Both the position numbers and the translations under genes were made by a program. The notes beneath the pieces are model-generated. The model saw nothing but the letters and a program-made list of their open reading frames with translations. It was not told the DNA's origin and made no database searches. A stretch of DNA of 32,000 nt. Origin: Thermosulfurimonas dismutans. GTDB lineage: Bacteria; Desulfobacterota; Thermodesulfobacteria; Thermodesulfobacteriales; Thermodesulfobacteriaceae. Numbering within the stretch: position 1 is the first letter of the stretch; each line of letters begins with the position of its first letter. Shown in pieces: positions 1 through 8,447 of the stretch. The stretch covers positions 60,001-92,000 of the forward strand of contig NZ_LWLG01000001.1 in assembly GCF_001652585.1 (NCBI RefSeq). The letters run 5' to 3'.

Positions 1-1
1 G

Positions 2-556
2 GATCTCAAACCCGCGGTGGCCGTAAAGCCTGACGGCACAGAGGTCCGGTGCCGACGGGAGCCCACTGAACGGGAGATCGAGGATATGATCTTCGGCTGG
101 GCGGTGGAAATAGGGGTAACCTCAAACTCGGTCCTCTTTGTGAAGGATCAGTGCACCGTGGCCATCGGAACCGGCGAACAGGATCGGGTAGGGGTCACAG
201 AGATTGCCATCTTCAAGGCCTATACCAAGTATGCAGATCTCCTTTGTTACGACCGTTACGGTATTCCTTACAAACAGCTTGAACTTGAAATTCGGCAGGG
301 GAAGCGGCCAGAATCTCAAAAAATCGAAATAGACGAGGAGACCAAGGCCGCCCGAGCCGGGCTTCCGGGCTCGGTCATGGTCTCAGACGCCTTCTTCCCC
401 TTCCGGGACGCAGTAGATGTGGCCATTCGGGAAGGCATTTCAGCCATCATTCAGCCCGGAGGCTCCCTCCGGGACTGGGAATCCATTGAGGCCTGCAATG
501 AGGCCGAGCCTCCGGTGGCGATGGTCTTTACTGGGCAGAGGGTCTTCAAACACTAA
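2..556 (+). CDS. purH: AICAR transformylase (PurH) C-terminal part; 5' end lies outside the window
   Basis: C-terminal motifs SDAFFPFRD, IQPGGSLRD and a FTGQRVFKH tail match the conserved PurH/AICARFT C-terminus. The frame is open to the window edge. Confidence 0.85.
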   Translation, partial: DLKPAVAVKPDGTEVRCRREPTEREIEDMIFGWAVEIGVTSNSVLFVKDQCTVAIGTGEQDRVGVTEIAIFKAYTKYADLLCYDRYGIPYKQLELEIRQGKRPESQKIEIDEETKAARAGLPGSVMVSDAFFPFRDAVDVAIREGISAIIQPGGSLRDWESIEACNEAEPPVAMVFTGQRVFKH

Positions 557-1041
557 TGGCTTACGAGTGGCTACCTCCAACTAGAGATTATCAACCCCTT
601 TGGCCTGGGAAGCTCGTGGAGGTGAGAAACCTCCCGAATGGCCTCACCCTCGAAATCTGGGATTATTCTCGGAAGTTAGCCGGTGATCGCTGGCTGATAG
701 GAATGTTGGCGCAGATCGAGGTAAAAGTAGGGGCCGAACATTTTTCGGCCCCAGAAATGTTTGAAAGATTCCTCCAAGAGACCGGAGGGGTGATCTATTA
801 TCGCTATCGAAAGGAAAGGCATTTCGTAGACGAAAAGGAAAGGAATCAGGTCTTTGAAACCATAAAGGACCATTTCTTAAAAGCGGCTTTGGAATATCTC
901 TCCCATCCTTCCTTTCGCGACAGACTTATTCAGAGCGAAATCCCCCTTTTTGAAAGAAAAGTCCGATGGGAAGAAGAGATCAGACGCAAGGATGAGGAAG
1001 CCGAAAGATTAGAGGAACTATGGAAGGACCGACCCATATAG
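556..1041 (+). CDS. hypothetical protein (161 aa) with a charged C-terminal tail
   Basis: Long ORF. Its ATG overlaps the purH TAA stop (TAATG), which suggests translational coupling. No motif recognised. Confidence 0.6.
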   Translation: MAYEWLPPTRDYQPLWPGKLVEVRNLPNGLTLEIWDYSRKLAGDRWLIGMLAQIEVKVGAEHFSAPEMFERFLQETGGVIYYRYRKERHFVDEKERNQVFETIKDHFLKAALEYLSHPSFRDRLIQSEIPLFERKVRWEEEIRRKDEEAERLEELWKDRPI

Positions 1042-1652
1042 AAGAGCTAGCCCTTAATGGCCTTACCATAAGGATCTACCTTACCTTGGAGGTCGCGCCC
1101 CCCCTTTTACTCCTCCCTTCGGGAGAAAATGACTTTGCCCTTTATGAGTCCTTGGCCAAGAAATTTTGGCTCGAAAACTTTACGGTTTTTCTGTTTCCCC
1201 CTGAAGGGGAATGGGAAGATTTGAGAATCGGCTTTGAAAAATTAAAAAACTTTTTAAAAGATCGCGGAAGACTTTTGAGCTTCTGGGTATGGGGAGAAGG
1301 TAAAGGTACTCTTTGGGCCTTAAAACTGGCTCACAACTTTTCCACCGATATTGCGGGGCTCGTACTGGACAGCTTGCGGCCTGAGGACAAGACCGAGGCC
1401 GCGGAATATTTAAAAAGCCTTCGCAAACCCCACCTGATGCTCCATCCCCAATTGGACTCTACCTTTCCCTTCACGGAGGCCGAAAGAATGTTTATCTTAT
1501 CTCCAGCCCATGCGAAAAAGCTCCTTCTTATGCCGGGCATGCAGAGGGGGGAGACCATCGTGAAAGGGGGCGATCTCTACATCCAGACCATAACCGAGTT
1601 CATCAATCCTCGGGTGGGACGCTGGGCGAGGGAAAGAAAAACTCACCATTAA
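1020..1652 (+). CDS. alpha/beta-hydrolase-fold-like protein with a degenerate nucleophile elbow
   Basis: The strand-turn-helix pattern FWVWGEGKGTLWALKLA occupies the position of a GxSxG elbow. GLVLDS follows downstream. GAGGA lies just upstream of the ATG. Confidence 0.55.
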   Translation: MEGPTHIEELALNGLTIRIYLTLEVAPPLLLLPSGENDFALYESLAKKFWLENFTVFLFPPEGEWEDLRIGFEKLKNFLKDRGRLLSFWVWGEGKGTLWALKLAHNFSTDIAGLVLDSLRPEDKTEAAEYLKSLRKPHLMLHPQLDSTFPFTEAERMFILSPAHAKKLLLMPGMQRGETIVKGGDLYIQTITEFINPRVGRWARERKTHH

Positions 1653-1666
1653 GGGGGTGAATCTTT

Positions 1667-2173
1667 ATGTCCAAAAAGGGTGAAAGATGGATACGGGAGA
1701 CTCAAGAATATCAGAATACGGATGATCCCTATCTTTCCGACAAGGCCCCTTCGGGGGAAGCCCTCTGTCCCAAGTGTCATGCCGTTTTCCGAGACAAACG
1801 TTGGCTAGTGGACGAGGCCTTTTATGAGGAGTTCAAGGATACCGATTTTGTCCCCAAGATCCTCTGTCCGGGATGTCGCAAGGTCAACGAACGTTATGCC
1901 ATGGGTTACGTTTATCTTTCGGGGCCGTTTTTTGAAAAACATCGGGATGAAATCATGCGTCTCATCCATAACGAATATGAACGGGCCCGGGAAAACAACC
2001 CCCTAGACCAGATCATCACCATGTACGAAGAAGACGGTCGTACCATCATCGAGACCACCACTGACCATTTGGCCCAAAGATTGGGAAGGGCTGTCCACAG
2101 AGCTTACAAAGGAAACCTCTCCTTCCGCTGGTCGGATGGAGACAAACTGGTTAGAATTTACTGGGAGAGATAA
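1667..2173 (+). CDS. zinc-ribbon protein (CxxC...CxxC), 168 aa; possibly the BCAM0308-like family (recollection, unverified)
   Basis: CPKCHAVFRDKRW and CPGCRKV cysteine pairs. Strong RBS AAGGGGGTG upstream of the ATG. Confidence 0.65.
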   Translation: MSKKGERWIRETQEYQNTDDPYLSDKAPSGEALCPKCHAVFRDKRWLVDEAFYEEFKDTDFVPKILCPGCRKVNERYAMGYVYLSGPFFEKHRDEIMRLIHNEYERARENNPLDQIITMYEEDGRTIIETTTDHLAQRLGRAVHRAYKGNLSFRWSDGDKLVRIYWER

Positions 2174-2176
2174 AGT

Positions 2177-2452
2177 ATGGAAGTTTCCGCCAGACGGCCT
2201 CTGAGCACAGAGGAAAAGGCCCGATTGCGGGAACTCCTCCTGCGGCGGAAAGAGGAGATCTATAGAACCGCTCCGGAATCAGAAATTCTCCAGGAAATAG
2301 AAGAGGCCTTACAGCGATTGGAGGCTGGCCATTACGGACGATGTATTGATTGCGGCCGTTGGATACGTCTCAAACGGCTGGAGACCATCCCTTGGGCCAA
2401 ACGTTGTCGGGCCTGTCAGGAAAAATGGGAAATGCTTGAGGCCGTAGAATAA
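2177..2452 (+). CDS. TraR/DksA-family C4-type zinc-finger protein
   Basis: An N-terminal coiled-coil-like segment is followed by CIDCG-x17-CRAC, the family signature. The gene starts 3 nt after the previous stop. Confidence 0.8.
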   Translation: MEVSARRPLSTEEKARLRELLLRRKEEIYRTAPESEILQEIEEALQRLEAGHYGRCIDCGRWIRLKRLETIPWAKRCRACQEKWEMLEAVE

Positions 2453-2466
2453 GAAATTAAGAAATA

Positions 2467-3156
2467 ATGATAAAGATTACCCCTAATCGCCTGACCCTAT
2501 TGAGGATTTTCCTCCTCCCCATTCCCTGTCTTCTTCTCTTCGGAGGGCCAGAATCCAAGCTTACGGCCGTAGGGCTGGGGTCTCTTCTGGGCTTTACGGA
2601 TTATCTGGACGGCCGATTAGCTCGCCGGAAGGGGCATTCCCGACTGGGAGCCCTCCTTGATCCCGTAGCGGACAAAATTTTCGTGAGTGTGGTTTATCTT
2701 TTGTTGTATCGGCTGGCCTATATCCCCTTTTGGCCGGTGTTCCTGATAGTAACCCGCGAAATCCTGGTCTCGGCCCTGAGGAACATCTTCCCGGGAAAAT
2801 TACAAGTTTGGTCTTTGGCGCGGATCAAAACCGCTTTCCAGATGGTCGGAGCCGGCCTAGTGATCATCGTGGGAAACTTTATGAGTTCCCCTTTGAGAGA
2901 AGGGAGCCTTCATGGAATAACCTTCCTGGTTCTGGCCCTTACCTGGCTTAGCGCCTACCCCTACATGAAGAAAGGCCTGAGGGAACTCAGGCGAAAACCT
3001 CGTCTCATATGGGCCGTTGGCTACAGGGTGGTTCCTCCTCTAAGCCTGCTTTCCCTCTTTCCTCAAAGTGGACCTTTTTGGCCTTTGATTCTGATCGGCC
3101 TGGCGGCCTGTTTCTTATTTGAGATCCTTTGGGGCTATTTTAGAAGCTTCCTTTAA
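2467..3156 (+). CDS. CDP-alcohol phosphatidyltransferase (PgsA-like), polytopic membrane protein
   Basis: Motif [26 protein letters not shown] matches DG-x2-AR-x7/8-G-x3-D-x3-D. Several hydrophobic helices are present. Confidence 0.85.
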   Translation: MIKITPNRLTLLRIFLLPIPCLLLFGGPESKLTAVGLGSLLGFTDYLDGRLARRKGHSRLGALLDPVADKIFVSVVYLLLYRLAYIPFWPVFLIVTREILVSALRNIFPGKLQVWSLARIKTAFQMVGAGLVIIVGNFMSSPLREGSLHGITFLVLALTWLSAYPYMKKGLRELRRKPRLIWAVGYRVVPPLSLLSLFPQSGPFWPLILIGLAACFLFEILWGYFRSFL

Positions 3157-3801
3157 GGCCTTGATGGCTTCGGAGTAAGACTCCTTCCCGAAAACTGCAG
3201 AGCCGGCTACTAAAATTTCGGCCCCGGCCGCTACCACCAGAGGCGCAGTCTGGGGATTAATACCCCCATCCACCTGAATTTTAACGGCCAGACCTCGGTC
3301 TTGAATCATGGTCTTGAGAACCTTTATCTTCTCAACCGCAAAAGAAATGAATTTCTGGCCTCCAAAGCCAGGATTAACGCTCATGACGAGGACGAAATCT
3401 AAATCTGTAAGCAACCACTCAATGGCCGAAAGGGGAGTGGCGGGATTCAAGGCCACTCCGGCCTTTTTTCCTAGTTCTTTGATGCGAGAGATTGTGCGGT
3501 GTAGATGGGGACAAGCCTCGGCGTGCACCGAGATCCAGTCGGCTCCAGCCCTGGCGAACTCATCAAGGTAGCGATCAGGATCCTCTATCATAAGGTGCAC
3601 ATCAAAGGGCAACTCGGTATGAGGACGTAAGGAAGCCACTACTTGAGGGCCAAAGGTCAAATTGGGCACAAAATGGCCATCCATGACATCCAAGTGCAGA
3701 AGGTCCGCTCCGGCAGCCTCTACCGTCTTGACCTCTTCTGCCAGACGGCTGAAATCCGCAGAAAGGATGGAAGGGGCAATCTCAATCTTGAGGTTTTTCA
3801 T
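3115..3801 (-). CDS. rpe: ribulose-phosphate 3-epimerase
   Basis: [35 protein letters not shown] and VDGGIN are classic Rpe motifs. Confidence 0.95.
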   Translation of the reverse strand: MKNLKIEIAPSILSADFSRLAEEVKTVEAAGADLLHLDVMDGHFVPNLTFGPQVVASLRPHTELPFDVHLMIEDPDRYLDEFARAGADWISVHAEACPHLHRTISRIKELGKKAGVALNPATPLSAIEWLLTDLDFVLVMSVNPGFGGQKFISFAVEKIKVLKTMIQDRGLAVKIQVDGGINPQTAPLVVAAGAEILVAGSAVFGKESYSEAIKALKEASKIAPKDLK

Positions 3802-4186
3802 TCTTTAACCCTGGAAAGACCACCACTTTCTCGTCTTTGGACTTCTCACGTGAAGATTTAGGAGGAGACGGGGAGCCTTCCGGAGGACCTGCAGGAGGCT
3901 TGGGAAGGCGCATCTTGTACTGGCTAATTAGGGCTTCGGGGATCGAAGTGCTGTACCATACCACATTCTGCCGCTGAATCACGATGTGATCCAGCCCTAA
4001 AAATACCGGCCGCAAGCCCCCGGCATCTGCGGTTACAAGGGCTGGCCACTCAAAATCAAAAAATTCTCGTTTCTCGAGTACAAAGTTTAGACTCTCGAAG
4101 CCGTGGTGAAAACACACCAGCCCCAGAAAGAGCCCGGCCGAAGTCTGAATCAATACCGGTTCCTTGCGGGTAGCCTTTTCAAGCAT
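3782..4186 (-). CDS. hypothetical protein (134 aa from MLEKATRK) with a Pro/Lys/Ser-rich tail; possible Sm-like pattern
   Basis: ORF on the same strand as rpe, overlapping the rpe start by 20 nt. I prefer the internal ATG at 4186 because the longer version (to 4357) runs antisense through the thermonuclease signal peptide. The start remains uncertain. Confidence 0.5.
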   Translation of the reverse strand: MLEKATRKEPVLIQTSAGLFLGLVCFHHGFESLNFVLEKREFFDFEWPALVTADAGGLRPVFLGLDHIVIQRQNVVWYSTSIPEALISQYKMRLPKPPAGPPEGSPSPPKSSREKSKDEKVVVFPGLKNEKPQD

Positions 4187-4210
4187 ACCTTTTGTATATA
4201 AAGTGAAATC

Positions 4211-4240
4211 CATGAGTTGTAAATTCATGAGTTGTAAATT
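4211..4240. repeat. perfect 15 bp tandem duplication (catgagttgtaaatt x2) spanning the thermonuclease start codon
   Basis: Positions 4211-4225 and 4226-4240 are identical by direct reading. Confidence 0.95.
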
Positions 4241-4853
4241 CTTGAAAGGCCTCCTTTTGCTTCTCCTCTTCCTCTGGCCTTTCCCGGTCGAGGCCGGGAA
4301 ATGGGTAAAAATAGTAAAAGTGATTGACGGCGACACCGTAATCCTTGAGGACGGCACTCACCTCCGCTACGCCGGCATAAACACCCCGGAACTTCATACC
4401 AAAAAGGGCCCTCCCGAACCTTTCGCTCGAGAAGCCTATCTCTTGAATCGTAAGTTGACCGAGGGGCAAAGACTCTATCTAGAGGAGGCCCAAAGGAAAC
4501 GCGACCGTTACCGGCGACTGTTGGGCTATCTGTTTCTTCCTGATGGACGTTTGGTCTCAGAGATTCTGGTAGCCAAAGGGCTAGCCTTGGTTTGCTATTA
4601 CCCCGGAAGCACCAAGTATTACCAAAAGCTCCTTCGCCTTCAGAGAGAGGCCCTGAAGAATCGAAGAGGCCTATTTTCCAGGCTCAAAAATACCGAACCC
4701 TTTTATGTCGGCAATCGGAAATCGCGTCGTTTTCATCGCCCAGGTTGTCCGCAGGCCCAAAAGATCAAAAGGAAACGCATTTTCAATTCTCTTGAAGAGG
4801 CCTTTTCCGCTGGCTATTGTCCGGCCAGGGGGTGTCGTCCCTGGCCTCCCTGA
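4212..4853 (+). CDS. secreted thermonuclease (SNase-like) with a C-terminal Ada-type metal-binding Cys motif
   Basis: Signal-peptide-like LLLLLLFLWPFPVEA. SNase motifs VIDGDTV and RYAGINTPE. C-terminal FHRPGCP...EEAFSAGYCPARGC. The start could be ATG 4212 or 4227 because the start codon is duplicated. Confidence 0.8.
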   Translation: MSCKFMSCKFLKGLLLLLLFLWPFPVEAGKWVKIVKVIDGDTVILEDGTHLRYAGINTPELHTKKGPPEPFAREAYLLNRKLTEGQRLYLEEAQRKRDRYRRLLGYLFLPDGRLVSEILVAKGLALVCYYPGSTKYYQKLLRLQREALKNRRGLFSRLKNTEPFYVGNRKSRRFHRPGCPQAQKIKRKRIFNSLEEAFSAGYCPARGCRPWPP

Positions 4854-4855
4854 TC

Positions 4856-4883
4856 TTGACAATTAGCCCCTTGCTTTTAGAGT
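4856..4883 (+). promoter_or_regulatory. candidate promoter for pheA
   Basis: TTGACA (4856-4861), a 16 nt spacer, then TAGAGT (4878-4883). The pheA ATG is only 12 nt downstream. Sequence match only. Confidence 0.25.
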
Positions 4884-4894
4884 TCTTAAAAGCC

Positions 4895-5965
4895 ATGAGT
4901 GAACTACAAAAACTGCGCGAAGAAATAGACAATCTAGACGAAAAGCTTATAGAAATCCTCAAAAGACGCTTTGAGATCGTAAAGCGTATAGGCGAAATCA
5001 AACGCCGAGAGGGACGATCAAGTCTTGATCTTTCTAGGGAAAGAGAAATCTTAAGGCGTCTTCTCGAACTCAATCGAGGTTTCTTCCCTGAAGAAGCCCT
5101 AAAGGTCATTTTACTTGAAATCATAAACACCTGTCGCCAAGCCCAAGAACCCACCCGGGTGGCTTATCTGGGGCCGGAGGCCACCTTCAGCCACATGGCA
5201 GCCCTGGAATTCTTCGGTCAAACGGCGGCTTTCCTACCGGTAGAATCCGTGCTGGACGTCTTTGAAGAAGTGGAAAGTGAGCGGGCCCGTTTCGGGGTAG
5301 TTCCGGTAGAAAACTCTATTGAAGGCACCGTCTCCACCACTCTGGATGCCTTTTCGCAGTACAAAGTCAGGGTCTGTGGAGAGGTCTATATTCCCATCAC
5401 GCACAATCTCCTTAACCAGACCGGTAGACGAGAGGACATCAAAAAGGTTCTATCCCATCCTCATGCCCTAGCTCAGTGTCGAAGATGGTTGCGGAAGAAC
5501 CTCCCTTCGGTAGCCATTGAGGAAGTGGCTTCCACGGCCCTGGCCGCCCGCTGGGCGGCGGTGGATCCCACGGTGGCGGCCATTGCTAGTCCGCTCGCAG
5601 CCCGCACCTATCACCTACAAGTAGTAGCCAAACACATCGAGGACTACAAAGGCAACGTAACCCGTTTCTGGATCATAGGTCGGGAGTCCCCGGCCCCCAC
5701 AGGGGAAGATAAGACCTCTCTCTTTTTCAGTGTCTCGGATCGACCGGGAGCCCTTTATGAGGTCCTGAAGACCTTTGCCGAACGAAAAATCAATCTCACC
5801 AAGATCGAGAGCCGTCCGGCCAAAAGCGAACCCTGGCGGTACCTCTTCTTCCTCGATTGTGAAGGTCACGTAGAGGACCCTATCCTCAAAGAGTGCCTGG
5901 AGGAAGTAAAAAGACACTGTCTGCATCTGGAATGGCTTGGGTCATACCCACGGGGGCATCTCTAA
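4895..5965 (+). CDS. pheA: bifunctional chorismate mutase / prephenate dehydratase (P-protein)
   Basis: N-terminal CM pattern LQKLREEIDNLDEKLIEILKRR, then the PDT domain (VAYLGPEATFSH, ENSIEGTV) and an ACT domain ending in ESRP. ATG 4895 fits the CM N-terminus better than ATG 4817. Confidence 0.92.
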   Translation: MSELQKLREEIDNLDEKLIEILKRRFEIVKRIGEIKRREGRSSLDLSREREILRRLLELNRGFFPEEALKVILLEIINTCRQAQEPTRVAYLGPEATFSHMAALEFFGQTAAFLPVESVLDVFEEVESERARFGVVPVENSIEGTVSTTLDAFSQYKVRVCGEVYIPITHNLLNQTGRREDIKKVLSHPHALAQCRRWLRKNLPSVAIEEVASTALAARWAAVDPTVAAIASPLAARTYHLQVVAKHIEDYKGNVTRFWIIGRESPAPTGEDKTSLFFSVSDRPGALYEVLKTFAERKINLTKIESRPAKSEPWRYLFFLDCEGHVEDPILKECLEEVKRHCLHLEWLGSYPRGHL

Positions 5966-6456
5966 GGCGTAAGGGGAGACTTCTGCCATGTGCCCACCTC
6001 TTGGCCGCGACCTCGGCTTTGGCCGAGGAACTAGTTTTTGAGCATTACGCCCTTTCAACAAGGACGCTCAAAAAGCTCCAGTATGAAATTCGATTTTTGA
6101 AAGACACCTGGCCTTTCCCTGAGGAGGCCTTAGCGGTTCTTGTAAAGGGTCGAAACGAAGCCGACTCTCCCTCCACCAAAAGGGAGTCTTATTTTATCCT
6201 TTTCCCTTATGGCCGCCGCATACCTTTTAGTAGGGGTTTTCTTCCGGCTCTTATGCTTTATATTTTTACACACGAACTGGTACATATGGTAAGGTTCGCC
6301 CGTTATGAAGCCTCTTATTTTGCTAAAGATGAACAAAGGATGTTAGAGGAAAGAAAAGTCCATGCCAAAACCCGAGAAATATTGAAGCCCTTGGCCTTCA
6401 TCCCCGGGCTTCCTGAAACCCTGGAATACTTTGATCAAAACTACCAGAGGAGGTGA
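5932..6456 (+). CDS. hypothetical small HExxH-motif protein (putative metallopeptidase-like)
   Basis: ORF contains THELVHMVRF. The start is uncertain: candidates are GTG 5893, ATG 5932 and TTG 6001, and the first two overlap the pheA 3' end. Confidence 0.5.
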   Translation: MAWVIPTGASLRRKGRLLPCAHLLAATSALAEELVFEHYALSTRTLKKLQYEIRFLKDTWPFPEEALAVLVKGRNEADSPSTKRESYFILFPYGRRIPFSRGFLPALMLYIFTHELVHMVRFARYEASYFAKDEQRMLEERKVHAKTREILKPLAFIPGLPETLEYFDQNYQRR

Positions 6457-6462
6457 TAGGCC

Positions 6463-6705
6463 ATGCCGGTCTATGAATACGAGTGCGAGGCCTGCGGTAA
6501 ACACCTTGAGGTCTGGCAAAAGATTACTGATGCACCCCTTACAAAATGTGAAGCTTGTGGCGGCAAACTTCGAAAGCTTATAAGTCAGAGTTCTTTTATT
6601 CTCAAGGGCTCGGGATGGTATGTCACGGATTATGCCCGCAAGGAGCGCAAGGATTCTTCTAAGGAGACCTCCAAGGGGGGCTCGGAAAGTAAGGATAAAG
6701 CCTAA
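6463..6705 (+). CDS. FmdB-family zinc-ribbon protein
   Basis: [12 protein letters not shown]...KCEACGG...GSGWY is the FmdB/CxxC_CxxC_SSSS signature. Strong RBS GAGGAGGTG. Confidence 0.9.
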   Translation: MPVYEYECEACGKHLEVWQKITDAPLTKCEACGGKLRKLISQSSFILKGSGWYVTDYARKERKDSSKETSKGGSESKDKA

Positions 6706-6710
6706 GGACA

Positions 6711-8447
6711 GTGTTTTATGATGAGATCATCTATCTCTTTTTGTCCCTGATCCTTTGGGGAGCTTGGCCTTCTCAGGAAAAGCTCCCCCTCTCGCAGATC
6801 TTTCCATTCTTTCTCTTTAAAGAGGCAGTTTGGTTCATCCTGGTCCAACGCCTATTTGCCACCGCCCGAGACAGTCTACAATTCACTTTAAGGCAGCGAC
6901 AACTCCTAAAATGGGCTCTAGTTTTTCTTTTTCTAGACGTTGCCCTTCTCAATCTACCAGCCTATCTCCCTCAGGAATTCTGGGCCCTAGGCCTATTCTT
7001 ACATTATCTCCTCATAGGCTGGTTTTTTGCCGGCCGATACGAAAGACGGGCCTACCTCCTGGAACTTCCGACCACTAAATATATCTCCTCCCAGCTCAAA
7101 CTCTTCTTACCGGCCCTCCTTCCCTGGTTTTTGGCTTATTTGCTAGAAAGTAGCCTTTCCAAACTTTATATCCGTCCGCCAGAAGTACTCTTCTGGCCCT
7201 CTTTTCTTATCATCTTAGCCGTCTTTTTTCCTTATTTAGCCGTAAAATCCTGGCCCACGAAGATCTTTCCTACCTCAAGACTCAGAGATCTCATCGAGAA
7301 CTATCTTCGCCGGGAGAACCTAAAACTCGGTGAAATCTACCTTTGGCTTCCTTTTGAAGGCCGACTATTGACCGCCGGTGTTATGGGATTCGTTTACCCT
7401 TTCCGGTACCTCCTCATCTCCCCAGGGCTTCTTTCGATCCTTACGGAGGAAGAAGTCCTTTCGGTGGTGGCTCATGAAGTAGGACACCTCAAAAATCGTC
7501 ACCTACTTTTTCTGCTTATGTTCTTGCTCTCTTTCATCCTCATTTTATATTTCGGCCTTGAGCCTGGCTGGCTTCTATTTCTCTCCCTTTTCCCTTATCC
7601 AGAATGGTTTCTATCCCCGGATCTCAAATTCCGTCTCTGGCCAGAGATTGGTATGGTATTAATCCTAGGCCTTGCGGTAATCCTCTATTTTCGTTATCTC
7701 ATGGGATATTTCATGCGCCATTTCGAAAGAGAGGCTGACCTTTACGCTCTGGAAAGCTTAGGATCGGCACAAGGGCTCATTTCCTCCCTCGAAAAGATCG
7801 CCTATATTTCAGGCCTTAAAAAGGCCCCCAGCTGGCATCACTTCAGTATCGAGGAACGGATTCAGTTCCTGAGGAAAGTTTCGGAAAGACCGGAACTGGC
7901 CCAAGCCCATCACAAAAGATTACGAAGAAGACTCCTCATTTTCCTATTTTTGACCCTCAGTTTGATTCTTTCCGGAAGTCTCGCTGACGGTAAGGCTCTC
8001 AAGACCAGGGCCTTACAGAATCTCTATCTGGGGCTCGAGAGACGGGCCGAAAAGAAGCCCGAACTTCTGCGGGGCCTGGGAGACTTTCTTTTTTCGCAGG
8101 GTTTGGAAAGGGAAGCCCTTAAGATCTACGAAAAGGCTCTTCCCCGGAGCCCCGAAGACCCGTGGCTCCTCAACAATCTGGCCTGGCTACTCCTTACGGC
8201 CAAGGACCAAACTCTAAGAGATCCGCCAAGGGCTTTGAATCTCGCTCAAAAGGCCGCAAGCCTTGAGACCTCTCCCGAGATCTTGGATACCTTGGCCGAA
8301 GCCTATCGGCAGGCTGGGAAGCTTGAAATCGCCTGTCAATACTCTAGAAAGGCCCTCACCCTGGCTCAAACGCTCAAAGGCAAAGACCTCTCCTATTACC
8401 ACAGAAGAACGCGGGAGTTTTGCGAAGATGCTGAGACCTCCTTATAA
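6711..8447 (+). CDS. membrane M48-family zinc metalloprotease with a C-terminal TPR region
   Basis: HEVGHLKNRH (HExxH) plus a downstream EREADLYAL third-ligand region. The N-terminal half is polytopic and hydrophobic. TPR-like repeats occur near the C-terminus. GTG start 3 nt after AAGGA. Confidence 0.8.
   Translation: MFYDEIIYLFLSLILWGAWPSQEKLPLSQIFPFFLFKEAVWFILVQRLFATARDSLQFTLRQRQLLKWALVFLFLDVALLNLPAYLPQEFWALGLFLHYLLIGWFFAGRYERRAYLLELPTTKYISSQLKLFLPALLPWFLAYLLESSLSKLYIRPPEVLFWPSFLIILAVFFPYLAVKSWPTKIFPTSRLRDLIENYLRRENLKLGEIYLWLPFEGRLLTAGVMGFVYPFRYLLISPGLLSILTEEEVLSVVAHEVGHLKNRHLLFLLMFLLSFILILYFGLEPGWLLFLSLFPYPEWFLSPDLKFRLWPEIGMVLILGLAVILYFRYLMGYFMRHFEREADLYALESLGSAQGLISSLEKIAYISGLKKAPSWHHFSIEERIQFLRKVSERPELAQAHHKRLRRRLLIFLFLTLSLILSGSLADGKALKTRALQNLYLGLERRAEKKPELLRGLGDFLFSQGLEREALKIYEKALPRSPEDPWLLNNLAWLLLTAKDQTLRDPPRALNLAQKAASLETSPEILDTLAEAYRQAGKLEIACQYSRKALTLAQTLKGKDLSYYHRRTREFCEDAETSL

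Noticed and set aside
4211-4240. Short tandem repeats (15-mer x2 here, 9-mer x2 at 12050-12067) considered as CRISPR or minisatellite arrays
   Set aside because: Each has only two copies, with no spacers and no cas genes. They are simple local duplications.
4187-4357. Longer version of the minus-strand ORF (191 aa, start at 4357), and alternative starts at 4228 and 4213 inside the 15-bp repeat
   Set aside because: The extension runs antisense through the thermonuclease signal peptide and gives an Arg/Lys-rich low-complexity N-terminus. No RBS precedes these ATGs. The start remains uncertain, and I favour 4186.
4817-4894. Upstream start codons for pheA (4817), the PrmA-like gene (8263), mreB (30961) and the ATP-grasp gene (18728)
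   Set aside because: In each case an internal ATG gives an N-terminus matching the family consensus (for example MSELQKLREEID for chorismate mutase and MFKFLFG for MreB). The extension would also overlap the upstream gene extensively.
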